A stretch of 63,789 bases of DNA, filler included, from Octopus bimaculoides (Eukaryota), in NCBI RefSeq assembly GCF_001194135.2. It is 6 parts of 6 records of this genome, joined end to end, with 100 filler letters (N's around TTAATTAATTAA, not from the genome) between each part and the next. Parts side by side here need not be neighbours in the genome. Positions count along the whole stretch, not along the records: positions 52,118 to 63,789 come from NC_068995.1; 5 more parts are not named here. One strand, written 5' to 3'. Shown here in pieces: positions 63,545 to 63,789 of the stretch (position 1 is the stretch's first letter; each line of letters begins with the position of its first letter). Both the position numbers and the translations under genes were made by a program. The notes under the pieces are model-generated. The model searched no databases and had not been told where the DNA came from. It saw only the letters and a list, made by a program, of their open reading frames with translations.

Positions 63545-63789
63545 TAGTTTTATTTTTATAACGTGCTTTCACTTCACTACCGAGCGCAGCTCTGTGCGCC
63601 TTGGGTATGTGCTGTGGTTTGCTGTGGTGCTCTTATGTTTACTGTATTGAAAGTGTTTTGCGTAGAATGTGTGCAGTACCCAGTAGTGCAATTTTCTGTA
63701 TGTTATATATATTTGTAAGTCCTGGTGTTTTTGTTATGTATTTGTCTGAATATTTTTTTTATTATACCTAAGGCACCTACTATGATAGG
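63509..63789 (-). mobile_element. R4/Dong-like LINE 3' end with (AAT)n tail, cut by window edge
   Basis: PIIVGALGIIKK/YSDKYITKTPGLTNIYNIQKIALLGTAHILRKTLSIQ*, followed by (AAT)n. Confidence 0.9.

Overview
AT-rich, gap-riddled eukaryotic draft scaffold dominated by microsatellites and interspersed repeats. The SINE families, microsatellite load and (TAA)n-associated LINE tails suggest an octopus (coleoid cephalopod) genome; this is inference. I recognise no host protein-coding gene, rRNA, true tRNA or CRISPR array. Nearly all ORFs in the supplied track come from simple repeats or N-gaps. Supported content: about 30 copies or fragments of tRNA-derived SINEs (families labelled A, B, C and E here), decayed Tc1/mariner and hAT transposons and MITEs, and LINE fragments (Tx1/L1-like, R2-like RT, R4/Dong-like endonuclease ends). 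The main observation is a small structured element present twice (21.5-22.0 kb plus, 50.5-50.7 kb minus). It carries a minimal type I hammerhead ribozyme motif with a compensatory U3-A8 core pair, and the first copy is a 362-nt unit plus a 117-nt terminal direct repeat. This fits a non-LTR retrozyme or Penelope-mobilised circular RNA. Further degenerate hammerhead cores, Penelope-like fragments and fold-backs occur nearby. An 11-kb CpG-depleted block (23.8-34.9 kb) is bounded by two scaffold spacer gaps.
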